Assembly (NCBI GenBank): GCA_951406725.2 | Contig: OX597815.1 | Coordinates: 20,646,001 to 20,710,000, forward strand | DNA from: Octopus vulgaris | Lineage: Eukaryota | Reading direction: 5' to 3' | DNA: 64,000 nucleotides | Shown: positions 39,607-52,200 of the stretch, one piece after another | How the letters are laid out: each line of letters starts with the position of its first letter | Position numbering within the stretch: position 1 is the stretch's first letter | Notes under the pieces: model-generated | Database searches by the model: none | What the model was told of the DNA's origin: nothing | The model's input: the letters and a program-made list of their open reading frames with translations, nothing else | Translations under genes and position numbers: made by a program

Positions 39607-39998
39607 TCTCTCTATATATAAAGCTGAAGTTGTCTGTGTATGGCAGGTTTGGTAGCCTTCAACTAACACTATCTCCTCTGAGACCCTGCAGCACAAGTTG
39701 ACCAAAATTGAGAATATGATAGAAGAAGGCTTGCTCTTCCTTCCGTAGAAGAAAAAATTCAAATCGAACAATGTTAAGACCAAAAATTATTTACATCAAA
39801 AAGGTGCTTTTTTTCTATGAAAATCCCTATGTTTTACGATCTTTTGATTGCTGTGTCGCGATTTTTCGGTGTATTTCAACCAGAAAAATGTTCACTTAAA
39901 GAGAATAACAAGCTACATAATACAAAATTTTTACTTTTCAAAAATTCCAATTCTAAAGGGTCGAAACAAACCTGGGCAACACCGGGCGATACTGCTAG
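39607..39998 (+). mobile_element. Non-autonomous Helitron-like element, complete (392 bp)
   Basis: Begins A|TCtctctatatataaag and ends with the hairpin cctgggcaacaccggg then actgCTAG|T. It lies between host A and T with no TSD. Confidence 0.8.
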
Positions 39999-40936
39999 TA
40001 AACACTAATCTTATACTGGGGTCACTAAATCAATCATACTGCCTAGTTAAAAACTGTCAGTAGAAGAAAATGAATAGCAAACTGGATACTAATATACTGA
40101 ATTTAGTGAGGTAAGAAAAATTAATTTATCAAAATTCATTGTGACAAATCATTAACATAATATCTATTCTGCGTAAAAAAATTTAAAAGAAACACTCCTG
40201 GAATTTAAATTAATTAAAAACAGAACGCTTTGTGGAATGAATCTGACTTTTACAGTATGGTAAAAAACTCCGATCATGTTTTAGTATCATTAAAACTCAT
40301 CAGCTAAGGAAAGTTTAAATGCTTCTACCAGATTTTAGAATGGTTAGTGAAGTCGATAGGGTCTTAGTGAATGATCTCTGAACGGCCTGGTACGTAAAAT
40401 ACGTAACCATTACGTATCAGTTTAATAGTTGGTAGCTTTACCTTTTAAAAGTAAACCTGAAAAGATTTTCTTGGTTATATTTTGTGTATGCAGTTTCAAA
40501 TTATTCATATTTCTACTTCTGTTGAGCAACATGTAGTGTTGCCCACGAGAAAAGACGGTAGAAGAAAGGTGACGTCCTACTTGAGCAAATAATTGTCATT
40601 GAATTTTCTTAATGATCATTACAAACGCCGGAATAACAGAAAATGGACGTCTGTTCAGATAAAGAAAGGATTTAAGGAATGAAATGAATTCCGTCCCTCG
40701 TTTCTTCCTACAAGTTCTTATTTTTCGATGAAGGTAGAAATAGGGAAGAGATCTTATCAATTTCTCTCTACTAATTAAACAGTTAAGTGTGTCTAATATC
40801 ATTATATCTATACCAACATTCAGTTTAAGACAGAGTGAGGACATATTTAAAAATTCATTTGGAGAATCTGTTTATAGTATTCATCCATCTCTCTCTCTCT
40901 CTCTCATTCATATTCTGTGTGCGTGTGTGAGAGCGC

Positions 40937-41004
<68 letters not shown>

Positions 41005-41901
41005 ATATATATTTATATATATTTATATATATATTTATGTGTATATATTTATGTATATATATATATATATATATATATAACACACACACATAAATAGGTA
41101 TACACAAACACACACATATATGCAAATATATGCATGTATATACATATGTACATACATGTATATATTTGCATATATGTGTGTGTTTGTGTATACCTATTTA
41201 TGTGTATATATATATATATATATTTATGTGTATATATATTATATATATATTTATGTGTATATATTTATGTATATATATATATATATACACACACACACAT
41301 AAATAGGTATACACAAACACACACATATATGCAAATATATACATGTATATACATATGTACATACATGTATATATTTGCATATATGTGTGTGTTTGTGTAT
41401 ACCTATTTATGTGTGTATATATATATATATTTATGTGTACATATATTTATATATATTTATATATATATTTATGTATATATATATATAAATATATATATAT
41501 ACACATAAATATGTATACACAAACACACACATATATACAAATATGTGTGTGTGTGTATGCAAGTGTGTGTATGGGGTGCGCGTACGTGTGTTTGTATGTA
41601 TGTATAATTTTCAAACGTTTATGCCGTACAGTTCGTCTGGAGGCATTATACGTAAAAAGTTCTAAAAGTTTTCTTTTTTTATCCGTTATCAGTATTTTTC
41701 TTTTATTGATAATTTCTCATTAAAGGGGCTCGTGACTATGTGAGGCTCGTAAAAATAGTTAACGTATGAGACGATGTAGAAGCAAATTTGTCTGAAACAG
41801 ACAAAATACATGTGCCATACGGTAGCACGCATATACAAGTTATCATACAGGCGCACGCACAAACAAGCACAAACACGCATAGACTCAAGCACACGTATAG
41901 C

Positions 41902-41984
<83 letters not shown>

Positions 41985-42728
41985 TCAACATATAGACACA
42001 CACGCAGAGACACCGCTCTCATGCACAAGCAAACACGCGTTCTTCACACGCGCACAAACATGGACGACAGGTTTTTAACTCAACACTGTTTCTGTGTGTT
42101 ATTCTTTTCGCTTGCAATATTTACGTTTCCTTCCACCATTGTTCGCCACTGTCGATATTTCAACATTGAACAGGCCATTGTTCAATAGATCATCAAGCCA
42201 TATCTCCCTTCGACGGTGTTTAGGCGTTCATTCCGGAAATATATCTAATATAGATCGGATGCTTCTCTCTACAAGCCACTCCAAATCATGACAGTGTGTA
42301 AACTTCCGATTTCCTGTCTTTTGTCGTATTTTATAACGATGCAGATATTAATGTCAGTAGTATAATTGATATTGGTTAGAGAGACAATGTTAACAAGTCG
42401 GGCTGATGTTGATTGTGGTGCTGGTCGTGGTGGAAAGATAAACAAAACAAAATGTGATCGCACATTCTTTCTCTAATTTCAATGGGTCTTTAGAGAATAA
42501 TTCGTCAATAAACTTCGGACAGACAATTTATAAATATATAAATCATCAAACTGTAGAGTTAATTGTTATTGTTTCTATCGTTGTTGTGGTTATTATTGTG
42601 CATTTTGTTTTTGTGTTGTAGTTGTTTAACTCTTAGGTAGTCCTCATTGAGTAGATCAATGATCAAAGATGTTTCATATGTAACTGTTCCGTCCCTTTTT
42701 TTTTTATTACCGGTATCTAGATCTAGTA

Positions 42729-43156
42729 AGATCGAGATAAGGCGGCGAGCTGGCAGAAACGTTAGCACGCCGGGCGATATGCGTAGCCGTATTTCGTCTG
42801 CCGTTACGTTGTGAGTTCAACTTCCACCGAGGTCGACTTTGCCTTTCATCCTTTCGGGATCGATAAATTAAGTACCAGTTACGCACTGGGGTCGATATAA
42901 TCGACTTAATCCGTCTGTCTGTCCTTGTTAGTCTCCTCTCTGTTTAGCCCCTTTGTGGGTAATAAAGAAACCGGTATTTTATCTGACTTTATGTTCTGAG
43001 TTCAAATTCAGCAGAGGTCGACTTTGCATTTCATCCTTTCGGAGTTGATAAATTAAGTACCAGTTACGCACTGGGGTCGACGCAATCGACTTAATCCGTT
43101 TGCCTGTCCTTGTTTGTCCCCTCTATGTATAGCCCCTTGTGGGTAGTAAAGAAATA
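42729..43156 (+). mobile_element. Tandem (dimeric) SINE family B within a single 17-bp TSD
   Basis: A full B unit (42739-42970) is followed by a head-truncated B unit (42971-43156). ggtatctagatctagta occurs at 42712-42728 and 43157-43173. Confidence 0.85.
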
Positions 43157-43478
43157 GGTATCTAGATCTAGTATGTTTCTCTTCGCTTTTAAGACAGTAG
43201 GTTTAGATCTGGTTGCTGTCAAGCAATGTTAAAGAGTTCCCCTTGTTTGTCGCAGTACTATTGCTGTAGTTGACAAAAACACTATTATTGTTATTGCTGT
43301 TTAAACAAAGGTTGATGCTGACGAAGCTGACATACGTTTATATTATGTTTTTATGGGGATTTAGGATTACATTAAACGATGTGTTACATTTTAGAATAAA
43401 AGGATATGAATTTGCTGCTATTTCTAGCAGGTCGTGTTGAACTACTTGTAAGAGATATATGCTAATTAAGTGTATGTC

Positions 43479-43699
43479 TTTCTCTTTCTCTTTTATTTGT
43501 TTCAGTCATTTGACAGCTGCCATGTTGGCGCACCGCCTTTAGTCGAGCAAATCGACTCCAGGACTTATTCTTTGGAAGCCTAGTACTTATTCTATCGGTC
43601 TCTTTTGCCGAGCCGCTAAGTTACGGGGACGTAAACACACAGCATCCGGTTGTCAAACACAGACACACAAACACACACATACACACATATACATACATA

Positions 43700-43782
<83 letters not shown>

Positions 43783-43945
43783 TACGACGGGCTTTCAATT
43801 TCCGTCTACCAAATCTACTCACAAGTCTTTGGTCGGCCCGAGGCTATAGTAGAAAACGCTTGCGCAAAGTACCATTCAGTGGGACTGAACCCGGAACCAT
43901 GTGGTTTGTAAGTAAGCTACTTGCCACACAGCCACTCCTACGCCT
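43479..43945 (-). mobile_element. SINE family A, full length
   Basis: Matches 24622-25032. Confidence 0.88.
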
Positions 43946-44942
43946 ATGTCTATATGACATCTTCGAAAGTTTAGAACATGCTTTCATTTTACAGTGGAAC
44001 GTACAAAAAATCCTTTATTCTTTCATCGTTTTATTTTCTAATTTGATGAAATATGTAAAATATTGAGGTTTAGTGCTCTGAAATCGAGCAGTAATTTTTT
44101 AAAAGGTTTAAATACACTTAAACTTTTATTAAAAATACAAAACAAAAACCAAAAGAAATATTTCTATTCATAGGGCATAATAGCTACATATTTTAGAAGT
44201 TTAGAAATTTAAATTTTAAATAACGAAAGAATAGATTTTTTTCAATGTTTGATGGAATCTCAAGCCGCGTACTAATTTTTTAAAGATAAGATTTATGAAC
44301 CAAAGAAACTATATTCTTGGTCAAACTTCTTTTCAGGGCATTAAAACAATTACTTAGTACACCTGTGAAACACAGGAAACCTGTCTCTTGGAAGATGATG
44401 CAAGCCGAAAAGGCTGATGGAAAAGACCGATGTTATTGGAAATTTAAGCTAGCCTCTCACAAAATTATGAAAAACAAAAATGACTTTGCTAACGTTCTAT
44501 CTTCCCTCTCCAAACTGATACTGTGTAGGATATCTATGCCACGATCATTCAACAGATACTAGACCAATCTAGACAGTATCTGACATCACGCACAGTAACT
44601 GTTGTTATTAAGCTACCTACTATTCAACACTTTTTCCCAGTATTTTCAACTCAATGCTGTTCCTCACCCCATATTGTAACTGTAAAATATGCTTCTACGA
44701 CAGATGTACTAAAACTCTTTAACGGTGGAAGACGAGTCACTAAGATTCCTATACATCATGAGACCGAGACTATCTTATACCATCAGATATACTACTTGAA
44801 TAAATGCGTCGTTAGTTTCCAGTGATATCAACAAGTCTCAAGGTTACTATTGTTTGAATTACTAATCATTGTTTTTCTCGTGGTAAACTCTATGTCGTAT
44901 GGAATATGCAGATATATTTTTGTCAGAGTACTAAATCGTTGA

Positions 44943-45050
44943 TCGGCTCGGTGCTATAGTAGAAGACACTTACCCAAGGTGCCACGGAGTAGGACTGAAC
45001 CGAGAGCCAAGTGGTTGGTAAGCAAGCTTCTTACCATACAGCCATCCCTA
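44943..45050 (-). mobile_element. SINE family A, 5' fragment
   Basis: gctatagtagaagacacttacccaaggtgccacg...cttaccatacagcca. Confidence 0.75.
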
Positions 45051-45054
45051 TATG

Positions 45055-45094
<40 letters not shown>

Positions 45095-45098
45095 CATG

Positions 45099-45229
45099 TG
45101 TATATTTAGGGCTAAACCACTATGTGGATAACCGTACGCTAGAAGATCATATATGCTACGTAGTTAGATCTTATGTGATCTTCTTCTAGCGTATGGTTAT
45201 CCACATAGTGGTTTAGCCCTAAATATACA
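45099..45229. repeat. Near-perfect inverted repeat (48-bp arms, extendable inward)
   Basis: tgtatatttagggctaaaccactatgtggataaccgtacgctagaaga pairs with tcttctagcgtatggttatccacatagtggtttagccctaaatataca, with one mismatch (G-U in RNA). Confidence 0.9.
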
Positions 45230-45328
45230 GATGTATTGAAATTTTTTCTGATTTTTTCAGATTTTTTATATGCCAGGCTACTGGTTTTAAATGATATTAA
45301 TTAAATTAATATTCAATTTATCTCCCTC

Positions 45329-45366
<38 letters not shown>

Positions 45367-45552
45367 GGGAAAGTTTACGAAAATAAACAAAAGACGAAGG
45401 CAGGTGGAGTACAAACAAACAAATGTATTAGTATAGCGCTCAGGAATAGAAAAAAGTCTTTTACGTTTCGAGCCTACGCTCTTCGACAGAAAGATACACA
45501 GAAAAAAGCAAGGAGAGAAAAATATGCGTCTAGGAGCTAACGATCTATCATG
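45367..45552 (-). mobile_element. HHR repeat family 2, most complete copy
   Basis: Homologous to 5633-5768 and 20663-20830; flanked by (TA)n. Confidence 0.8.
45457..45494 (-). ncRNA. Minimal hammerhead-like motif with an A6U core (family 2)
   Basis: UCUUU CUGUCGA A GAGC GUAG GCUC GAAAC GUA AAAGA. It has a perfect 5-bp stem I, a 4-bp stem II, a palindromic ACGU stem III and a GUA triplet. Confidence 0.6.
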
Positions 45553-45592
<40 letters not shown>

Positions 45593-45595
<3 letters not shown>

Positions 45596-45737
45596 CGCAG
45601 GAGTGGCTGTGTCGTAAGTAGCTTGCTTACCAGCCACATGGTTCCGGGTCCGGTCCCACTGCTATAGCCTCGGGCCGACCAATGCCTTGTGAGTGGATTT
45701 GGTAGACGGAAACTGAAAGAAGCCTGTCGTATATATT

Positions 45738-45773
<36 letters not shown>

Positions 45774-45991
45774 AGTGTATATGCTTGTGTGTCTGTGTTT
45801 GTCCCTCTAGCATTGCTTGACAACCGATGCTGGTGGCTGGTGTGTTTACGTCCCCGTCACATAGCGGTTCGGCAAAAGAGACCGATAGAATAAGTACTGG
45901 ACTTACAAAGAATAAGTCCCGGGTCGATTTGCTCGACTGAAGGCGGTGCTCCAGCATGGCCGAAGTCAAATGACTGAAACAAGTAAAAGAG
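45593..45991 (+). mobile_element. SINE family A, full length with a small internal deletion
   Basis: Lacks the gtggcaccttgggcaagtgtcttct segment but otherwise matches. Confidence 0.88.
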
Positions 45992-46336
45992 TATATATAT
46001 ATATATCTGTACAAACACATATACATAGCTCATGGGCGCGTAGATATATTATGCATACAAAGTTAGCGACTGATTTGTTCGGATGGGTTGAAAGTTATCT
46101 AAATGGTTGGAAAAATTGCCTAAGTGCGGAGCGTTCCTCATGAGCTGAGAACGATTGAACATCATTTGGTTTATCATCAGCAGCAGTCGCAACAGTAGCA
46201 ACAGCATCCCTCACCAACACCAGCACCAACACTAACACACACAGGAATACCACCCTCACTGCAACATCAACTGATGATCGGATTGTATATGTGTCTGTGT
46301 GCAAGCGTGTATTTGCGCGCGTCTGTGTGTATTTGC

Positions 46337-46376
<40 letters not shown>

Positions 46377-46454
46377 GCAAATACACACACATATATATAT
46401 ATATATATATAAACACACACACATATATGTATATACGCAAAAATACACACACAC

Positions 46455-46498
<44 letters not shown>

Positions 46499-46682
46499 CG
46501 CAAATACACACATATATACATACATACATATATATATATACGCAAATACACACATATATACATACATACATATATATACGCAAATACACATATATACATA
46601 CATACATATATACACACATATATACATACATACATATATATACGCAAATGCACATATATATATATATACATACATACATACA

Positions 46683-46750
<68 letters not shown>

Positions 46751-47286
46751 TGTATGTATGTATGCATGTATGTAGATAAATAGATATAGGAAGGAGATGT
46801 CTGCCTGAAGCGAAAATGTTAATTCCTGCAAAAACATTTGTCAGTTTCCGCTGACATATTGCTGAAAGAATCGATGCGACGAAGAGCATTCTGGAAGATA
46901 ATAACTCACCGGTGCTTGTTTCATAGTTCCATAAATCATTGGACAAAACGTGATACTGCAACATTCCTCGTCGTCTCTATTTGTCTGCACACTTTATGTG
47001 TCACTTTGCTTTCCTATAAACAAAATATTCTCCTACACAGGACAGAAATTTGTTTATTTTATTGTTGTCACGTATTCTGTTGTCTCCGACAAAACATTTA
47101 AATAAAGGAACAAACAAAAAAAATTATGATTTATTTATTTATTTACTTATATACTGGCAGCCGGCTGTTTTAGTGTAAGCCCGAGTTCTCAACATGTATA
47201 CGCACATATCTATCTATCTACCCATCCTTCTATCTATCTACCCATCCATCCATCTATCTATTTATCTATCTATATGGTTATTCTAT

Positions 47287-47493
47287 ATGTGACCGCGTGA
47301 GTATCGTTGGCGATTTTTTTCATCCATCTTCCCTTCCTTGGATCTTTCCTTTTTCTATGTTTCTGACGAAGAGCTCTGCTCGAAACGTTAAATGCTCCTT
47401 CCTTCTTTCCTTTCCTGAGTGTGCCCAATAACACTATACTTGTTCCACGTCCTCGCGTTGTTGTGTTTTCTCTTTGTGTTTTCATGTTTGGAT

Positions 47494-47499
<6 letters not shown>
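47287..47499 (+). mobile_element. HHR repeat family 1, copy 3 (core at 47363-47389)
   Basis: tgttt CTGACGA A GAGC TCT GCTC GAAAC GTT aaatg. The only difference within the core and stem II is in the loop (TCC to TCT). Confidence 0.8.
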
Positions 47500-47544
<45 letters not shown>

Positions 47545-47595
47545 GTATATATATGTATATGTATGTATGTATGTATATGTATGTATGTATGTATG

Positions 47596-47629
<34 letters not shown>

Positions 47630-47656
47630 TGTATGTGTGTGTGTGTGTGTATGTGT

Positions 47657-47734
<78 letters not shown>

Positions 47735-47915
47735 AGATGCAAATAGGCGTACGAGCGAAAGGAAAAAATACTCGACATGTGGTGCGGATCTTACACATAT
47801 TCAATAGAAGCTTGATGCATTACTTGAAGTTTCACAAACGCAAGGTCTGAAATTTGTTTCCGCAGACATATTGTTGAACTCAGAACGTAAAGGCAGGCAA
47901 AATAATAATAATAAT

Positions 47916-47957
<42 letters not shown>

Positions 47958-48327
47958 CCTTTCTACTAAAGTCACTAAGCTTGAAATTTTTGAGGAAGGA
48001 CTAATCGATTAGATGGACCCAAGTGTTTCACTGGTACTTAATTTATCGACCCCGAATGAATGAAAGGCAAAGTCGACCTCGGTGAAATTTGGAATATAAT
48101 GATGATAATAATCCTTTCTACGGTAAAAACAAGGCCTGAAATTTTAGGAGTGGAAGCTAGTCGATTACATTGACCCCCAATGCTCAACTGGTACTTATTT
48201 CATCGACCTCGAAAGGAGGAAAGAGAAAGTTAACTTCAGCGGAATTTGAACTCAGAACGAGAAGACGGACGAAATGTCGCTAAGCATTTTGTCCGGCTTG
48301 CTAACGACTTTGCCAGCTCGCTGCCTT
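47958..48327 (-). mobile_element. Two tandem SINE B-variant copies with (ATT)n tails
   Basis: A partial copy at 47958-48092 and a full copy at 48112-48327, the latter beginning aaggcagcgagctggcaaagtcgttagc on the minus strand. Confidence 0.75.
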
Positions 48328-48329
48328 GA

Positions 48330-49900
48330 TAATAATAATATTAATAATCTTTATTGGTTTCAAGGGCCGAGCATAAAACAAAACAAAACAAAACAAAAAA
48401 ACGATACATAACAAAGGACAAGTAGGATTTAACTCAAAAACACGTGTATACAATAAAACCTATAACAAAATTTTAGCAATAAAATTCCCCGAAAGGGTAG
48501 AGTACTACCCAGGGCCAATCAAGGAATCCCACACAATTATTTCAAGGATATGCGGGTTACTTTTTTGGCACCCCATTCTACTCCTTGCATGCACCTCTCT
48601 CCTCTCCACAACCCCCGGCTTAGAGGCGCATGTTCAGAGTATGTATCAGCAAACGGGCCACCCTAATCACATTCACTAACCTTTTAACAAAAATACTGGA
48701 GAGCAACAGTTTCCTCTCTACTTTCACTTTTCTTCTCAATTGAAACTTGAAAACATCGATGTGGCCTTGACCGAAGAGGAAAGCATCTGTCTTCAGTCTT
48801 TTCAACCTCGTCCACCACACTACCTTTTTCGCTATAGCTACCAGATAGAGGAAAACTGACTGCCTTTCTCGACCAAAAGAAGGTGGTGGGCCGATCTTCA
48901 CGATGGAGTCATCCAATAACCGGATATGTCCTACACGCGACTACAGCTGTTCGACAACGCTTCATAAATCAGCAATGCCCGGACACTGGGTGAGTGTGGG
49001 AAGAAATGTTTCATCGCTCTGCGCACGTCTCGTACAGATCCGTCTGACAGTACTTCTGTGCTTGTAGAGCTTGTCTAGAATTGGCAAAATCCTGTGATAG
49101 CACTACGAAGCCATAGATTTCTGGAACTTATTCATAGAGCCCGGTCCGAAAGTCCTCCAGAAAAAAACAATTAATTGATCTTCCAGAACACCCAGAGTAT
49201 TCCTGGGGACATCATTGCTCTTGCATGCCACTAACCCCCAATAGAACTCCAATGTGAATCTTCCACTGACCACACGGCCCAACTGGCAGAGAACTGTGAG
49301 CGCATGCCGACACTCCAAGTGACAAGAGCCCTGCCTCGGTCTACGCTTGAGCCAGGACTGTAGCTCCGTTAATGAGACAAGCTGCGGAAAAATTCTGTCT
49401 GATAAACAGCGACCACAACTGCTCAGCATCAAGGAAACGCTGGAGATTTCGCAGCCTCAGAGCATTTCTGCACATAATTATATCACGGTATAATTCCATT
49501 TTGCGGCTGTTGACAGCAGATAGACCGAAACACGTCCCTTCCACAGAAAGCGGTAGAGTATGCGCCCTAGCTTGATCAACCATGAAACAGGGCAAGGGAC
49601 GACTATCAGACAGCAGTAGTTACAGAAGAGATGCACACATTCGCCACCTCTGCCCGACCCCCCAGGAACAGCTTCCTTCCTGCTCATTACTGGGTGAGCC
49701 TGACAACCCTGCTCGTCACCTCTTCGCAGTTCTTGTCTATCTGGAGGTCCGGACCAAATCAGACCCCCGAGCAATTTAACCAGCCCTTCGTTCCTGCACC
49801 CTATGGCGCTGAGCTTCAAGCCCACCGATTCCCCCTGGTTAATCTTTGCTCCTATCACTCCTTCGAACTCCCTTAAAGTAGTGTCGATCATCTCGATTTC
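48330..49900 (-). mobile_element. Degenerate L1/Tx1-like LINE 3' portion (post-RT region, Cys-rich C-terminus, 3' UTR)
   Basis: Broken frames read IDTTLREFEGVIGAKINQGESVGL, KLGRILYRFLWKGRV and FLYLVAIAKKVVWWTRLK. The end is AATAAA plus (ATT)n at about 48330-48355. It carries many frameshifts and stops. Confidence 0.7.
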
Positions 49901-50065
49901 CGAGTGTACTGATAAATTAATATTTAATTATAATTAACACACTCACGCACGCGCATTTTATAAATAGGATTCATAAGTTCATGCACAGATCTCTCGGCCT
50001 TTAACTCATTTTGTAACTTAAGTCGATTAAAAATATTATATATTTTTTATCGACTTTTATATTAT

Positions 50066-50298
50066 AGGCGCAGGAGTGGCTGTGTGGTAAGTAGCTTGCT
50101 TACCAACCACATGATTACGAGTTCAGTCCCAATGCATGGAACCTTGGGCAAGTGTCTTCTACTATAGCCTCGGGCCGACCAAAGCCTTGTGAGTGGATTT
50201 GGTAGACGGAAACTGAAAGAAGCCCGTCGTGTATATATATATGTAACGGTGGTGCATCAGCATAGCCGCAGCTATGAGCTGAAATTACAGCAAAAGAA
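50066..50298 (+). mobile_element. SINE family A 5' half joined through (TA)n to a CR1-type 3' tip
   Basis: Head to gaagcccgtcg, then ggtggtgcatcagcatagccgcagctatgagctgaaa (the LINE-type loop sequence). Confidence 0.75.
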
Positions 50299-51699
50299 TA
50301 TATATATATATATATATATCAGTTATACACAGACACTCACACACACATACACACATGTAATGTATTGTGTATTGGGAGTGGATGATAAAGGTATATGTTT
50401 ATATGTTATATGTTTATGTTTTTAGAATACTACCCTTTCACAGCTAAGCATAAACAATTGTAGATGTCCACAATTCAGTATTTATACTTTTATATAAATT
50501 TGACAGAATGTGTATGCAGATCTTTGAATGTTTATGTGTGTATGCGTGCTTTTACGAGTGAGTGCCTGCTTTGCTCAGAATGTGCCTATATGTGTTTTCA
50601 GCCATCTTATAGATGTAGCTGAATTTTTATATGATGAATTTGGAGAAATGTGTCAAAGTGTAGGATTTTATATATGTATAAACGAGTGCTTCTGATTACG
50701 TGTGTGTGTGTGTGTGAGTGTGTGTGCAAGTGGTTTGTTATGATTGCGGGTGTCTGTGAGTGTCTTCTTCAAAAACAAATTGGAGACAATGTGGTTAAAT
50801 ACCGTTGAAGATTCAAGTAGGAGATGAGAATCACGCGAAGAAATAATTTATGAGCGTTTCGGTTTTAAGCGTAATCCTATTTGTCATACGACTGATTCGA
50901 GCTAATCGTCAGTTTGGTGCTGAGGTTGTTTTCTTCTCCTCTTCCTATAGTCGTATTAATATTATGATGAAAACCGACAGCTTATTCAGATTTTTATCAC
51001 CGCAAGAAGAAATCTATTATAAGATACATCGTCAGTTAGTTTGTAAGGGTCAATTGAGTAATATAAACAGAGCCACAGCCTAGAACAGTTCCTCCGTAGG
51101 ACGGGCAAATCAATTCAATAAGAGTGCCCCGTATTTCTGTTCTGTTGACATAAAGGGATTGTCCCTTTTTAGAGTAGTTTCATTAAATCAAGTCTTTGTC
51201 ACTCTTTCCTGCCGCTCCATGGATTAAAAGCCTTTGGTATTAATCTATTTATATTTGTTTTTGAGTTTGTTTCTTGCTTTTCGTTTTAGTTTCAGTAACA
51301 CAATTTACAACAATAATAATATTAATAATATTAATAATATTGATGGCAGTACAGTGCCATCCACATTGAGTATATTGCTACTGTTGCTATTGGTCCAGTT
51401 TCTTATGGTTATTGTACGTAGAATTGTTACATGCTTCCTATAGCATTCCTATTGGTGTTGTTGCAGAAGTTGTTGCTTTTTTTTTTATTCTGAGGACTCA
51501 TGCACTTTCAAAGGACTCCCGTTAGAAGATGTTTGCATTTTAGGATTAATTTATGAGAAGTAGAGGGATTCACAAACAAATAGTTTCGAAACATAAAAAT
51601 GTCTATCCCATTATCCTGAGATCGGAAAATGGCTTATCTTTACATGTTTTTAATGAATAGAAAGTTTTGTAAATATAAATTTCCGTTTGTTTATTGGAG

Positions 51700-52200
51700 A
51701 TTGAATATGACCACCTTTACGGTAGAGCAGAAGGTACTAGCCACAAATGGAACAGCAGCAAATTCGCCCCCAAAAGTTTTGAAAGTGGATGAAACAACAG
51801 ATATAAACTTTAAAGTGACTATGAAGCAAACAGATACACTTATAAATTCAATCACAATTTCATAAATGGAAAGTTAAACTCCTGTGTCATTAACAAAAGA
51901 AATGCATTCTTTGCTAGTGTCGAAAAAACAAAAGAGGTATCGGATAGAGTGGAATATTAGGTAGCCGTCAGCTTCAGACAAAAGAGGTTTAGCAGTAGCA
52001 TTTCAGGAATAAGTCTGTTGTTTTGACCGAGTTATATATACAAGAATTTGACAAACCTCTAATTTACCTAAATTCAGGTAATGTTTCCTCAGAGCATAAA
52101 TTTCAAAACCCCTAGCTTATGCATGGTAAAATATACACACCACTGACCGATACAGAACATATAGAGGTATTCTCTGGTTTATGAGAACGAGGACATGGAG
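51700..52200 (+). mobile_element. Possible highly decayed Tc1/mariner transposase N-terminal remnant
   Basis: MTTFTVEQKV..., KWKVKLL and H.FK(T/P)...PLTD-like pieces lie in different frames. The resemblance is weak and no DDE region or TIRs were recognised. Confidence 0.25.
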
